Shown: positions 1 to 9,558 of the stretch, one piece after another
Layout of the letters: the number at the start of each line of letters is the position of its first letter
How positions within the stretch are numbered: position 1 is the stretch's first letter
Source: Gemmatimonadota bacterium
Lineage (GTDB): Bacteria > Gemmatimonadota > Gemmatimonadetes > Palauibacterales > Palauibacteraceae
DNA: 64,000 nt
Assembly: GCA_963666735.1 (NCBI GenBank)
Contig: OY762926.1
Coordinates: 2,944,001 to 3,008,000, forward strand
Direction: 5' to 3'
Notes under the pieces: model-generated
Database searches by the model: none
The model's input: only the letters and a program-made list of their open reading frames with translations
What the model was told of the DNA's origin: nothing
Program-made: the position numbers and the translations under genes

Positions 1-105
1 TAAGAGTGTCGCCGCATCCGTGAGCCACGACGCTGAGGGTCGCACAGATGATCGCGTCGGAATCGGAGCGATATCGGTAAACTGCGGGTGCTATCCGATC
101 ACGAC

Positions 106-345
106 TCAGTACAATTGATCCACGCACCAGACCGTTTGGTCGCTATCTCCTCCGAAGTCGCACGACTCCGTGTCAGAGCAGTCCGCCTCGCACCGCATAG
201 CACCGCAGCTGCACTCGTCCGAGCAGAATGGTGCCACATTACGGCAACTGCCTGCCGCTCCGCGGGCTTCGGATGACGTAAAGGCGAACAGAGCCACCGC
301 AAGGGCGGCCAGCGAAATGGTCAGTCGAAGCAGTCTCTTGCTCAC
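106..345 (-). CDS. small secreted cysteine-rich protein (79 aa)
   Basis: GTG start with GGAGG just upstream; basic/hydrophobic signal peptide (MSKRLLRLTISLAALAVALFAFTSSEARG); 8 Cys in the ~50-aa mature part. Confidence 0.6.
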   Translation of the reverse strand: MSKRLLRLTISLAALAVALFAFTSSEARGAAGSCRNVAPFCSDECSCGAMRCEADCSDTESCDFGGDSDQTVWCVDQLY

Positions 346-440
346 TCCACCCTCCAGCGTTCGTGGGTCATGCTGAGCTTACGTCAAACTGCTTGGACCG
401 TACATGGGATGACGACGGGGCGCAAGCTTGAGTCTTGTCT

Positions 441-1812
441 TGTAAGGAGCAAATGAAGTTGTCCGGTTTTGTAGCACGTAACATGTCCGGTTTGAACATC
501 GCGCCGGCGGAGGCGGCCGAGGCGAGCCGGAACGGGCACGACGAACCGCCTCACGACGACGCCCCCCTCGCCCCGTTGGAGGCGGCCAGCGGACGACCCT
601 CCCGGTCGTAGCGGCCCAGCCGGAGCTTGTCGTGAAACACGGCCATGGTCCCGTCCTCGTACTCGTGAACCCGAACCTTCGCCCGGACGTAGTGGATCCG
701 GTGCGGCTGGGGCGCGATCTGAAGCCGCCTGCCATCGTACGACACGCAGTTGTCGTTGCCGACCGTCCGCGTCTCCCGCAGGCACAGGATGTCGTCCAGA
801 GGCACCTCCGGCAGCGGCACGAACGCCGTCCCCTCCCCGGCCGCCTCAACCCCGAACGCCGCGTTGAACCGCGGCCAGTACCCGCTCAGGTACTCGTTGG
901 CCCCCTCCATGTCCGCGATCCCCTCGCGGGCCAGCTCGTTGGGCAGACAGTCCCTGAAGCGTCCGGAACAGGCGCTCGCACCGCCCCCGCGCCCGCGGCG
1001 AGTACCACGGAATCATCTCGATCCCCAGCTCCCCCATCGCCCGCCCGAACTGGGTCGGCTTCCCCTTGTCCACCTTCCCCCCGGCCTTCGGCGTGTGCCG
1101 GTAGTGAGACCCCCGGTCCGTGTACAGGCTCGCGAACACCCCCTTCGCCTCCACCGTCTCGCGCACGCCCCGGAAGCTCGACCAAGTCCCCTCCTCCTCC
1201 ACGCAGAACCCGGAGTACACCCGCCCCGTCGCGTCGTCCGACGTCACGATGAGATCCCACGCCCGCCCCGGCACCCACTCGTGCGTCGAGCCGTCCCGGT
1301 GCACCATCAGCCCCTCCAGGGGCTTCCGCGGCCGCCTCAGCCGGTTTCGGCCGCGACGCCGGCCACGCTTCACAAGACCGGCCGCCCGCAGGCGGTTCTT
1401 CACCCACGTGTACGACCGCCTCCCGCCGTGATCCTCCACGTACCGCTCGTGGAAGTGCCGCGCGCTCCAGCCCTCGTACCCCTGCCGGTACAGCGCCTCC
1501 AGCGCCGCCACCTCCGCGGCCGGCGCCCGCCTGTGCGAACCCCCGGCCACCCGGCCGTCCCGGAGACCCTCCGGACCCTCCGCCTCGTACCGCGCCGCGT
1601 AGCGCCGGAACGTCCGCTCGCTCACCCCGAGCACGGCCGCCGCCCACGCCTGCGTCGTTCCTCCCCCCACCCACGCCCCGTACACCTCCTCGAACCTCAA
1701 CGTCCGCACCGCGCGGAGCAGCTCCGTCCGTTCCATACAGCCCCCTCCGAGACCATGTTGAAACCGGACAGATTATGTGCTAACCAACCGGACAGATTAT
1801 GTGCTCGTAACA
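441..1812 (-). mobile_element. IS1202/IS481-like (ISNCY) insertion sequence with long target duplication
   Basis: TGT...ACA ends with imperfect IRs (TGTAAGGAGCAAATGAAGTTGTCCGGTT vs rev-comp TGTTACGAGCACATAATCTGTCCGGTT); internal tandem repeat ACCGGACAGATTATGTGCT at 1763-1805; flanking direct repeat GCTTGAGTCTTGTC(T/C) at 426-440 and 1813-1827. Confidence 0.85.
551..1736 (-). pseudogene. DDE transposase, frameshifted near 950
   Basis: ORF 846..1736 has HTH plus integrase core (HRDGSTHEW, SDDAT, LYTDRGS, RGRCERLFRTLQ); C-terminus continues in ORF 551..910. Confidence 0.85.
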
Positions 1813-1913
1813 GCTTGAGTCTTGTCCAGCGGGGCATGAGCCTGAACGAGGAACTGGTTTCCACCGGGAAGTGAGCCTGAGGCGCGGAGCGATGAGATCA
1901 TGGAGGCAGGATC

Positions 1914-2320
1914 GTGACGCTTCGCACCGAACGGATTCGGACGCTCGATGAGGTTCGCGCCTTCCTCGAGGGCAGCGAGCCGGTGGAGTTCACCCTCAAC
2001 GACCGGGACTCGGCCTACGTTTTCGTGAGACGGTCGCTGGAGAGGGTCCGTTACCACCGCCTCGGCAAGCCGGACAAGGGTCTGGTCAAAGGCCTACCTG
2101 GCCAAGGTGACTGGACCCTCCCGCGCCCAGTTCACCCGGCTCATCGCCCAGCACAAGAGGACTGGCCACATCCGCGACCGGCGCGGGAAGCCCCCGGCAA
2201 ATCCCTTCCAGCGGCGCTATACGCCCGGGGACGCCGCCCTCCCGGCCGAGGTCGACGTCGCCTACGGCCGCCTCTCCGGACCCGCCACCAAGGAGGCCCT
2301 CCGCCGCCAGTACGAAGAAA
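1914..2320 (+). pseudogene. N-terminal fragment of integrase/transposase, frameshifted and truncated
   Basis: MTLRTERIRTLDEVRAFLEG...RYHRLGKPDKGLV, then frame change to TGPSRAQFTRLIAQH...PFQRRYTPGD...LSGPATK. Confidence 0.6.
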
Positions 2321-2821
2321 TGTCCGGGGTTAGACCGAGCTTCCGCAGCCGCCTCGTTCGCCGCCACCTCGGCCCTCTCAACGCCTTTTTTTCGGCTCTG
2401 CAACCCGCAAGACCCCCGGCAGCCACCTCCCCAGCCCGGCCCTTCAGCTACTCCATAGTTCCAACGGCGTGGGCAGTAGCCCGCCGAGGAGGCGAATCTT
2501 GGCGGTCAGGACGCACCGAGGTGGAGATGGGTCTCACGAAGAGGAAGCTAGCAACGGATCGGGTTCAGCCCAAGAGCACGCGCCTGACGATCAGCCGCCG
2601 CCAGCATGTCGGATATCCCACGCGCCCGGACGACATGACTTACTAAGGACGAGGGCCGACGTGGGTCTTCCGGGACCTTCGGCGAAGAGGCCGCGCGGGC
2701 GCGGGAGTCCCGCCATTCAAGCGCGGTTTTCCCGCTCTCGCGGCACGGTCCAGCAAGATCCAGTAGCCCGGCAATAGACGCAGACCGTGCAGCCCTGTAA
2801 GTAGTTAGACGATTCCCTGCC

Positions 2822-3172
2822 GTGATTCTGGCCTCAGGCGATCCGCCGTGGTGGCAGATCGAGATCGCGCGGCGGCTTCGCCGTACCGACTTCGATCCCC
2901 CTCCGAGGGTGGACGCCGTCGCGCTCTGGCTTGCCCGTCGAACGAGACCGCTCGTGGACCGATTCCAGGCCGCGGACTACCGGCGCTTGATCAAGCGTTG
3001 CTTCGGTCGCGACGGCCGCTCGGTCCGGCGGTGTCTGCGGCCCGAATTCACGCCGACGCAGATCCACCGGCTGGGTCGGGATCTCAGGTTCGATCCTTCT
3101 GGACCGCCCCGCGGTCTCACCTTCGACCAGTGGCTCGCATTGTTCAGGTTCCGGAGGCTGACGCGGTCGTGA
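2822..3172 (+). pseudogene. C-terminal fragment of Erm/KsgA-family rRNA adenine methyltransferase
   Basis: PWWQI...TDFDPPPRVDAVAL and LTFDQWLALF motifs; N-terminal SAM-binding domain absent. Confidence 0.6.
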
Positions 3173-3286
3173 GCGCCGATACGGCGGTGCAGACAGATCC
3201 TGCCGGCACAAAGGAACGCGCGTATCGTGGGGGCGGGAAATGCGAGCCGGTATTCCCCGAACGGGGGACCCCGGAGGTGGGAGGGT

Positions 3287-4306
3287 ATGAAGGACGAAGT
3301 GGACCAGCCAGGCGCCGGAAGCCCGCGCCCCATCGGCCTGTTGGGTCTCGGCATCTATCTGCCCGAGCGTGTCATGACCAACGACGAATGGGCGGAGCAC
3401 GTCGACACCTCGGACGAGTGGATCGTGGCGCGCACCGGCATACACACGCGCCGCATCGCAGCGGATGACGAGAGCACGGCCGATCTCGCGCTGGCCGCGG
3501 CGCGGGCGGCTCTGGCCGACGGCGCCTTCGAGCCCGCGGATATCGACGAGATCATCCTTGCCACCGATACGCCCGAGGTCTTCATCCCCGATACGGCGGC
3601 GTACGTCCAGGCGCGGCTCGGCGTCGGCCACATCCCGTGCTACGACCTGGCGGGGAGCGGCTGCGCGGGGTTCGTGCTCGCACTGGACATCGCCCGCTCC
3701 CGGGCCCTCGCGGACGGACGCCGGGTGCTCGTGATCGGCGTGGAACTCCTCACCCGGCTCATGGACTGGGAGGACCGCAACACCTGCGTACTCTTCGGGG
3801 ACGCGGCGGGCGCGGCGGTCGTCGGACCGGGACCGGGCGCGGTCGAAATCGTGGCCGCCACGGCGGGAACGGACGGCAGCAAGAGCAACATTCTTGGGGT
3901 GGAGGCGGGCGGCACGCGCGTGCCCACGACCGTCGAGCGGGTGGAGCAGGGGCTCCACAAACATGTCGTCATGCAGGGACGGGAGGTGTTCCGCGAGGCC
4001 GTCAGCCGCATGGGCGCGGCGTCCCACCGGGTGCTGGAGAAGGCCGGCGTCTCCATGGACGACGTGGCGCTCGTCGTGCCGCATCAGGCCAACCTGCGGA
4101 TCCTGGACGCGGTCAGGAAACGGCTGGACCTCCCCGATGAACGGGTCTTCGTCAACGTCCACGAGTACGGCAACACAGGCTCGGCGGCCGTGCCCCTGGC
4201 CCTGTGGGAGGCACGGGCTCAGGGTCGGATCAAGCCCGGCGACCTGGTCCTGCTGACCGCCTTCGGCGCCGGGTTCCATTGGGCGGCCGCACTGCTGCGC
4301 TTCTAG
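3287..4306 (+). CDS. fabH: 3-oxoacyl-ACP synthase III
   Basis: DTSDEWIVARTGI, GCAGF (catalytic Cys), LFGDAAGA, VPHQANLRI, YGNTGSA, FGAGFHW. Confidence 0.95.
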   Translation: MKDEVDQPGAGSPRPIGLLGLGIYLPERVMTNDEWAEHVDTSDEWIVARTGIHTRRIAADDESTADLALAAARAALADGAFEPADIDEIILATDTPEVFIPDTAAYVQARLGVGHIPCYDLAGSGCAGFVLALDIARSRALADGRRVLVIGVELLTRLMDWEDRNTCVLFGDAAGAAVVGPGPGAVEIVAATAGTDGSKSNILGVEAGGTRVPTTVERVEQGLHKHVVMQGREVFREAVSRMGAASHRVLEKAGVSMDDVALVVPHQANLRILDAVRKRLDLPDERVFVNVHEYGNTGSAAVPLALWEARAQGRIKPGDLVLLTAFGAGFHWAAALLRF

Positions 4307-4356
4307 CCCGCCTGCGGACAAGACCTGTCGGCATTCGAGCGGCGATGCGACCGCCC

Positions 4357-4412
4357 GTTCACTGAACTTCGCCCCCGCGCGGCGGGCGCTCGGTTGAACC
4401 ACCGGCCTCACG
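4357..4412 (-). repeat. degenerate copy of tRNA-Ile T/variable arm plus half of the T-loop insertion (possible att relic)
   Basis: TTCACTGAACTTCGCCCCCGCGCGGCGGGCGCTCGGTTGAACCCACCGGCCTCACG aligns with 41673-41723 TTCACCGAGCTCGCGCCCAGCGGGGCGCTCGGTTGAACCACCGACCTCACG. Confidence 0.65.
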
Positions 4413-4440
4413 ACCCCCACCCGAACCATCCCGGTTGCCT

Positions 4441-4463
4441 TTTAATGAGAATCTATTATCAAT
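4441..4463 (+). promoter_or_regulatory. Fur-family box-like site upstream of TonB receptor
   Basis: AT-rich TTTAATGAGAATCTATTATCAAT resembles the GATAATGATAATCATTATC consensus, about 80 bp upstream of a TonB-dependent receptor. Confidence 0.5.
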
Positions 4464-4544
4464 ACGGCTGAAACACTCTCGGCCACTCCCCCGGTGCGAC
4501 CCCACCGGCAGCGAGCGAGAGCAAACCGGGGTTCCAGGACGGGG

Positions 4545-6316
4545 ATGATGAAGCGACTCATCGCAGTTCCATTTCTTCTGAGCATGGGCCTGAGCGCCGC
4601 CGCCGTGCCTTCGGCCGCGCAGGTGCAACAGGACGAGGGCATCCTTGAGGGGATCGTCCGGTCGACGGAGGGCGGGATGCCTCTCGCGGGCGCGATGGTC
4701 ACGGTCGTCGGCACGGGCCGCGGCGCCGTCACCCACGGAGACGGCGCGTTCCGAATCGCCGTGCCGGATGCCGAACAGTACCAGCTCCGGGTCGATCGCC
4801 TCGGGTACGCAACGACGACCCTCGAGGTCGGCCACGGGGAGTCGGCCACGGTCGACCTTGAAGTCGCCGCCGTTCCTTCGCCGGATCTCGTCGTCACGGC
4901 GGTCCTGAGCCCCACCGCTGCGAACGAGGCGATCCGGCCTTCCGCCGTCTTTGCGGGGGAGGAACTGCAGCGACGGATGGCGGGAACCGTCGCGAAGACG
5001 GTTGCAACGGTTCCGCGCCGGCCATCCTCGAGCATCAGGATCCGGTCGCCGGTCAGGCCGCGGATGACCGGCTGGGCGGTGCCGGGCTCCATGCTGTTCA
5101 CGGCGACGCCGTGGGCGACGTCATCAACAGCGGCCTCGACCACGCCTCGGCGCTTTCCCCTTCCATGGCTCGGCGAATCGACGTGATTCGCGGGCCGAGC
5201 GCGATTCTCTACGGCAGCAGCGTCCTCGGAGGCGTGATCAACGTCGTGCGGGAAGAGATACCCCGCGCGGTGCCGTACCGCCCGACCGGCTTCGCCTCGA
5301 TGCAGGCGCAGTCGGCGACGCGCGCCCTCGGGGGAAGCGGCGAGATGACCGTCGGAATCACGGAACACGTGCCCCTCCGCGTCGAGGTCTCGAGGCGAGA
5401 GTCGGGGGATCTGCGGACGCCCATCGGGAGGCTCGCGGGAACGCAGACCGACGTATGGAGCGCGTCGGCCGGCACCTCGTGGGTGGACGATTGGGGATAC
5501 GCGGGCGGTTCATTTCGCGTCTTCAGGAACGACTACGGGATCCCCGGAGGCTTCCTCGGCGGCCACACGAACCCGGTGCGCACGGAGCAGGAGAGGGTCG
5601 CGGGCCGCTTCCGCACCGTCATCCGGCCCGGGCAGGGCCTGGAGGCGATCGAAGTGGATGCGGGCTACACGTCGTACCAGCATCACGAGATGGAGTCCTC
5701 CGGCATCCTCGGTGCGCTGTACGAGCGCGAGGTCGTGAGCGGGGAGGCTCGGGCACGGCACGGGCGATGGGGCCCATTCACATCGGGCGCCATCGGAACG
5801 AGGGTCTCGTGGGAATACTTCGGATTCGGGGGGGTCCTCTACACTCCGAACGCCTGGCGCCGGACACAGGCCGCGTATCTCCTCGAGGAGATCCAGCTCG
5901 ATCCGGTCTCGATCGAGGCCGGGCTCCGCTACGATCGGGTCGAGCTGGAACCGGACCAGGAGGACCAGTTCTCCGACATCGGACACATCCGCGCACGTTC
6001 CTTCGGCGCGCTTTCCGGGTCGCTCGGTGCGCTTCTGCGGCTGTCCGGCCCCCTCACGGTGGGTGGGAGCGTGGGCCGTGCCTTTCGCACGCCGGATGTA
6101 CACGAACTCTACTCGGAGGGGCCGCACTTCGCGTCCAATTCATTCGATGTCGGCAATCCCTCGCTGGAGACGGAAACCGGCCTCGGGATCGACGTGTTCG
6201 GGCGGATCACGGGACAACGCCTGAGCGCCGAGGCGACGTGGTTCCGAAACGCCATTTCGGGCTACGTCTTCCCGCAGGCGACGGGGGAACTCAGCCGCAT
6301 CCGGCTCCCCATCTAC
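4545..6316 (+). pseudogene. TonB-dependent receptor, disrupted by an internal inversion (5015-5111) and 3' truncation
   Basis: signal peptide + carboxypeptidase-regulatory-like domain; RIDVIRGPSAILYGSSVLGGVINV plug motif; barrel motifs (RAFRTPDVHELYSEG, GNPSLETE); plug segment lies on the opposite strand. Confidence 0.85.
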
Positions 6317-6636
6317 GGCCGGGCACGTGGGAGGTAGCCGGCGGCTGGATACTCGGCTCCATCGGGCTCGGGTTCGTGGGTGCGTACATCGGCGGACGAG
6401 TCTGTGCCCGGGTGGCGCACGATGCCAAGGGCGCCACGATTCTGATCGCCATGATGATCGGGCTCGGAGTGGTGTCGGCCCTGATGCCGGTGGAGATGGC
6501 GGCGGGACCCCGCCCCGATGACGTGTCGATGCTGGAGGCGACCATGAGCGCCAGCCAGCCGGCATGGCTCCCCTGGCTCAACCCGCTGATCGGGGTCGTG
6601 GGCGTCTGGCTCGGATCGCGGAAGTTGCGCGCGTAG
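6316..6636 (+). pseudogene. C-terminal part of a small membrane protein, joined to the truncated receptor
   Basis: three hydrophobic segments (WILGSIGLGFVGAYIGG; ILIAMMIGLGVVSAL; WLNPLIGVVGVWLG); no native 5' end. Confidence 0.55.
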
Positions 6637-6672
6637 CGCGAGGCGGGTCACAGGCCTTCGAAGTGCGCGCCG

Positions 6673-7935
6673 CTACCGGCGGGTGTCCCTCCGCGTGAGT
6701 GGGCTCAGGTAGTCGCGGTTTCCGAGTCCCAGCTTCCTGAGCGCGATCCCCGTCATGCACTCGTCCACGACCTGTTTGGCGTTGAGCACGGTCGTGTAGC
6801 CCGGGTCGACGAGCGGGTTGAGTTCGACGAGGTCGAAGCCCACCACGTTGTTCTCCGAGCAGAGCCCGCGGACGATGTAGAACACTTCCCGGGGCGTCAG
6901 TCCGCCCGGAACCGGCGTCCCCGTGCCCGAGGTGTAGGCCGGATCCATGACGTCGATGTCGAAGGAGATGTACAGGTACTCGGGACCGTCGTTCGCCTCG
7001 TCGAGCACCTGCTGCATGACCTCGGTCCAGCCGTCCCGGTCGATCTCGGCCATCGTGTGGTAGCGGAGGCCGTTTTCCCGCATCCACTCGAAGCCGTCCT
7101 CGCCGGGCCAACTGCCCCGCAACCCGACCTGGATGAAGTTCCTGCCGAGGATGTGACCGTCATCGACGAGGCGGCGCACCGGCTGGGCGTGCGAGATCAG
7201 GTGGCCGTGCCGGGCGTCCCCCGCGTCGTAGTGCGCGTCGAAGTGAATGACGCCGACGTTCTCTTTGCCGTACACATCCGCGAGTCCCGCCACGTTGGCG
7301 AACTCGATCGAGTGGTCTCCCCCGATGATCACGGGGATGGCGCCGGTCTCCGCGATCTCGCGCACCATGCGGCGGATCGGCGGCATGCTGCGCTCCACGC
7401 TCAGGTTGTCGATGGGCGCGTTGCCGTAGTCGACCGCCGTGAGTTCGCTGCGCCACGACACCATCGTCTCCATGCTGCCCACGCTGCGCCGCATGGCGCG
7501 GAGCGCGGTCGGTCCCTCGCCCGCCCCGCGGTACCCCACCCCCATGTCGACCGGGGCCCCCAGAAAGGCGACTTCGACCTCGCCCGCGACGAGGTCCTCG
7601 GGGGTGCGCGCGATCGGCAGCCCGAAGAAGGTGAGGACGGATCCGACTTCGATGGGTCCGGGTTCGCGGGGAGGATCCCCGGAGATGTCGCGGTCGCGCC
7701 ACACCCCGAGGTTGGGGTCGCTCGCGTCGAGCCGGATGATGGCCGAGTCGGCGGGGAGAGGCTCCTGTTCGGAGGCGGCGTCGGCGACGGCAGCGCTGTC
7801 GGCCGGCGTGTCCGAAGGGGCGACCTCGGCCTGTTCAGGCTGTTCCGGCGGTGGCACCTCGCAGGCCGTCAGCAGCAGGCTGCACAGGAGGAAACCGGCG
7901 GCGGAAGACGGGCGGGATGTCATGGCTTCGATCAC
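6673..7935 (-). CDS. agmatinase/ureohydrolase-family lipoprotein
   Basis: GGDHS, HFDAHYD, SFDIDVMDP, GTGTPVPGG, VELNP motifs; N-terminal lipobox LLLTAC. Confidence 0.9.
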   Translation of the reverse strand: MIEAMTSRPSSAAGFLLCSLLLTACEVPPPEQPEQAEVAPSDTPADSAAVADAASEQEPLPADSAIIRLDASDPNLGVWRDRDISGDPPREPGPIEVGSVLTFFGLPIARTPEDLVAGEVEVAFLGAPVDMGVGYRGAGEGPTALRAMRRSVGSMETMVSWRSELTAVDYGNAPIDNLSVERSMPPIRRMVREIAETGAIPVIIGGDHSIEFANVAGLADVYGKENVGVIHFDAHYDAGDARHGHLISHAQPVRRLVDDGHILGRNFIQVGLRGSWPGEDGFEWMRENGLRYHTMAEIDRDGWTEVMQQVLDEANDGPEYLYISFDIDVMDPAYTSGTGTPVPGGLTPREVFYIVRGLCSENNVVGFDLVELNPLVDPGYTTVLNAKQVVDECMTGIALRKLGLGNRDYLSPLTRRDTRR

Positions 7936-8060
7936 GTCCGGCTCAGGTGGCGATGAGCGGGTGTCGTCTCAAGAGGAAGCCTATTGGGCGCCAGGGCGGG
8001 GGGCAAACGGCGTGGGGCGGGACGATATCTTGACCGGCTTGAGCGGTTCCCGGAACGCAA

Positions 8061-8147
8061 GAGCCCCGAGGACGAAACGGCCTCGGGGCTCCTACCTCAG
8101 CGTCTTGCTGCACCCGAAGGCCTTTTGCAGTAGAGGACGACCTGAGG
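8061..8147 (+). ncRNA. putative structured RNA (two hairpins) upstream of Abi-like gene
   Basis: perfect 11-bp stem 8061-8071/8081-8091; second long stem 8095-8112/8126-8147; no poly-U tail. Confidence 0.5.
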
Positions 8148-8201
8148 CGTACGCTTGAAGGATCGTCAACTCTCATCCAAACCGCAACCGGCGGAGTTGC
8201 T

Positions 8202-8915
8202 ATGCTACCCATCGAAGGCCTTCGGAGTGCGCTTTCAGCCGAGCGGCTGAGTGCCTATGCCCTGCCTCAGGACACCGACGAAGTCGACTGCGTGGCCAGG
8301 TACCTGTGGAATCTGGCGCTGTGCAGCGCCCTCCACCCGGCGCTTCATACCCTTGAGATTACCGTCCGGAACCGTCTCTTCGACATCTCCAGAAGGATCG
8401 TCGATGAGACCAAACTCAGTTTCGACAAGGTTCCGTGTTGGCTCGATGCTCGACCTTCGCTGCTTGCCGGCCCCGAGCGTGACGCCCTCGAGAAAGCGAA
8501 GGAAACGATCGCGAAGCGAGGCCGTCCGATGACCGAGGGTCGGCTTGTCTCGGTCCTGGGGTTTGGTTTCTGGGTGAGTCTGTGCAAGCGGTCATATGAA
8601 CAGGGGCGCGGCGGCGGGCCGCGCCTCTGGCCTGAACTGGCGAAGAGGGGATTTCCGCATCCGCCCAACGCCAAGCGCACACGCAGCCAAATCTTCCACG
8701 CCCTGGATCCGCTCCGCGACCTGCGTAACCGCGTCTCTCACCATGAGGCCGTCTGGGACCGGAAGCTCGGTCGAAGCCATCAGAACATCCTCGACACCAT
8801 TGGCTGGATCAACCGTGACCTGGCGACGACCCTGCAGGACCACTCGCCGCTGCCGGCAGTACTCGAGAGGGGCGTAGCCGGTTTCCGCGCTCAGGCCGAG
8901 GCAATCATCAAGTAG
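8202..8915 (+). CDS. Abi-like (Abi_2/AbiF-type) HEPN RNase
   Basis: LSAERLSAY, YLWNLALCSAL...LEITVRN, LGFGFWVSL, HEPN Rx4H motif LRNRVSHHE. Confidence 0.85.
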   Translation: MLPIEGLRSALSAERLSAYALPQDTDEVDCVARYLWNLALCSALHPALHTLEITVRNRLFDISRRIVDETKLSFDKVPCWLDARPSLLAGPERDALEKAKETIAKRGRPMTEGRLVSVLGFGFWVSLCKRSYEQGRGGGPRLWPELAKRGFPHPPNAKRTRSQIFHALDPLRDLRNRVSHHEAVWDRKLGRSHQNILDTIGWINRDLATTLQDHSPLPAVLERGVAGFRAQAEAIIK

Positions 8916-8929
8916 TGCGGCCCGGAGCC

Positions 8930-9062
8930 GGTTGGCCGGACCGGAATTTGCGCCAGGAGCGGGCGAAGGTTCGAAACGCGCGCTGGACCGCGGCAGGAGG
9001 CCGTACGCCAACCTGGCCAAGGCGTACCGGCATGGCTGCCGCTGATACACCGTACATGTGCA
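8930..9062 (-). pseudogene. fragment of XRE-ImmA/IrrE gene (diverged copy of about 19385-19502)
   Basis: HMYGVSAAAMPVRLGQVG...AVQRAFRTFARSWRK nearly identical to the C-terminus of 19205..20284. Confidence 0.8.
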
Positions 9063-9230
9063 TCCCTTCTCCGGCTGTCGGAGTCGCGCCCGGCGGGCCA
9101 TCCTGCTGCTGCTGCTGGAATACGACCCGATAGGTCACGCTCAGGCCCGGCCCCGCCTCGGGCACCGCTCGAGAGGCCGAGGACCGCGGTCACGGCCTCG
9201 GTGGCAGGCAGTGCCGTCAAGCTACATCCC

Positions 9231-9259
9231 TTTACGTACATCGTAACAGGGCGTAGAAT
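9231..9259 (+). promoter_or_regulatory. sigma70-type promoter with palindromic operator for higBA
   Basis: TTTACG-17bp-TAGAAT; palindrome TTACG-TACAT-CGTAA (9232-9246) overlaps the -35. Confidence 0.65.
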
Positions 9260-9267
9260 CGGAGTGC

Positions 9268-9546
9268 ATGATACGAAGCTTCAAGGACCGCAGAACGCGG
9301 CGTTTCTTTGAGGGGCGTCGCGTCGCGGCGTTCCAGGGGTTCTCGGATCAGGCGGTGCGCCGATTGACCCTGCTGGACAGCGCAGAAACGCTCGGCGATT
9401 TGGCAGGGCTGCCGAGCAACCGGCTGGGAGTACTGCGAGGCAACCGCGCGGGCCGGCACAGTATTCGGATCAACGCGCAGTGGCGTATCTGCTTCCGTTG
9501 GACCGACGACGGGCCATGCGAGGTCGAAATCGTGGATTATCATTGA
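9268..9546 (+). CDS. higB: HigB-type RelE/ParE toxin
   Basis: MIRSFKD...LPSNRL..LRGNRAGRHSIRINAQWRICFRW...VEIVDYH. Confidence 0.93.
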   Translation: MIRSFKDRRTRRFFEGRRVAAFQGFSDQAVRRLTLLDSAETLGDLAGLPSNRLGVLRGNRAGRHSIRINAQWRICFRWTDDGPCEVEIVDYH

Positions 9547-9558
9547 GAGGCGTGTGAC

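Noticed and set aside
2320..2810. Additional genes or IS ends
   Set aside because: Looks like mobile-element debris, but no motif I can support
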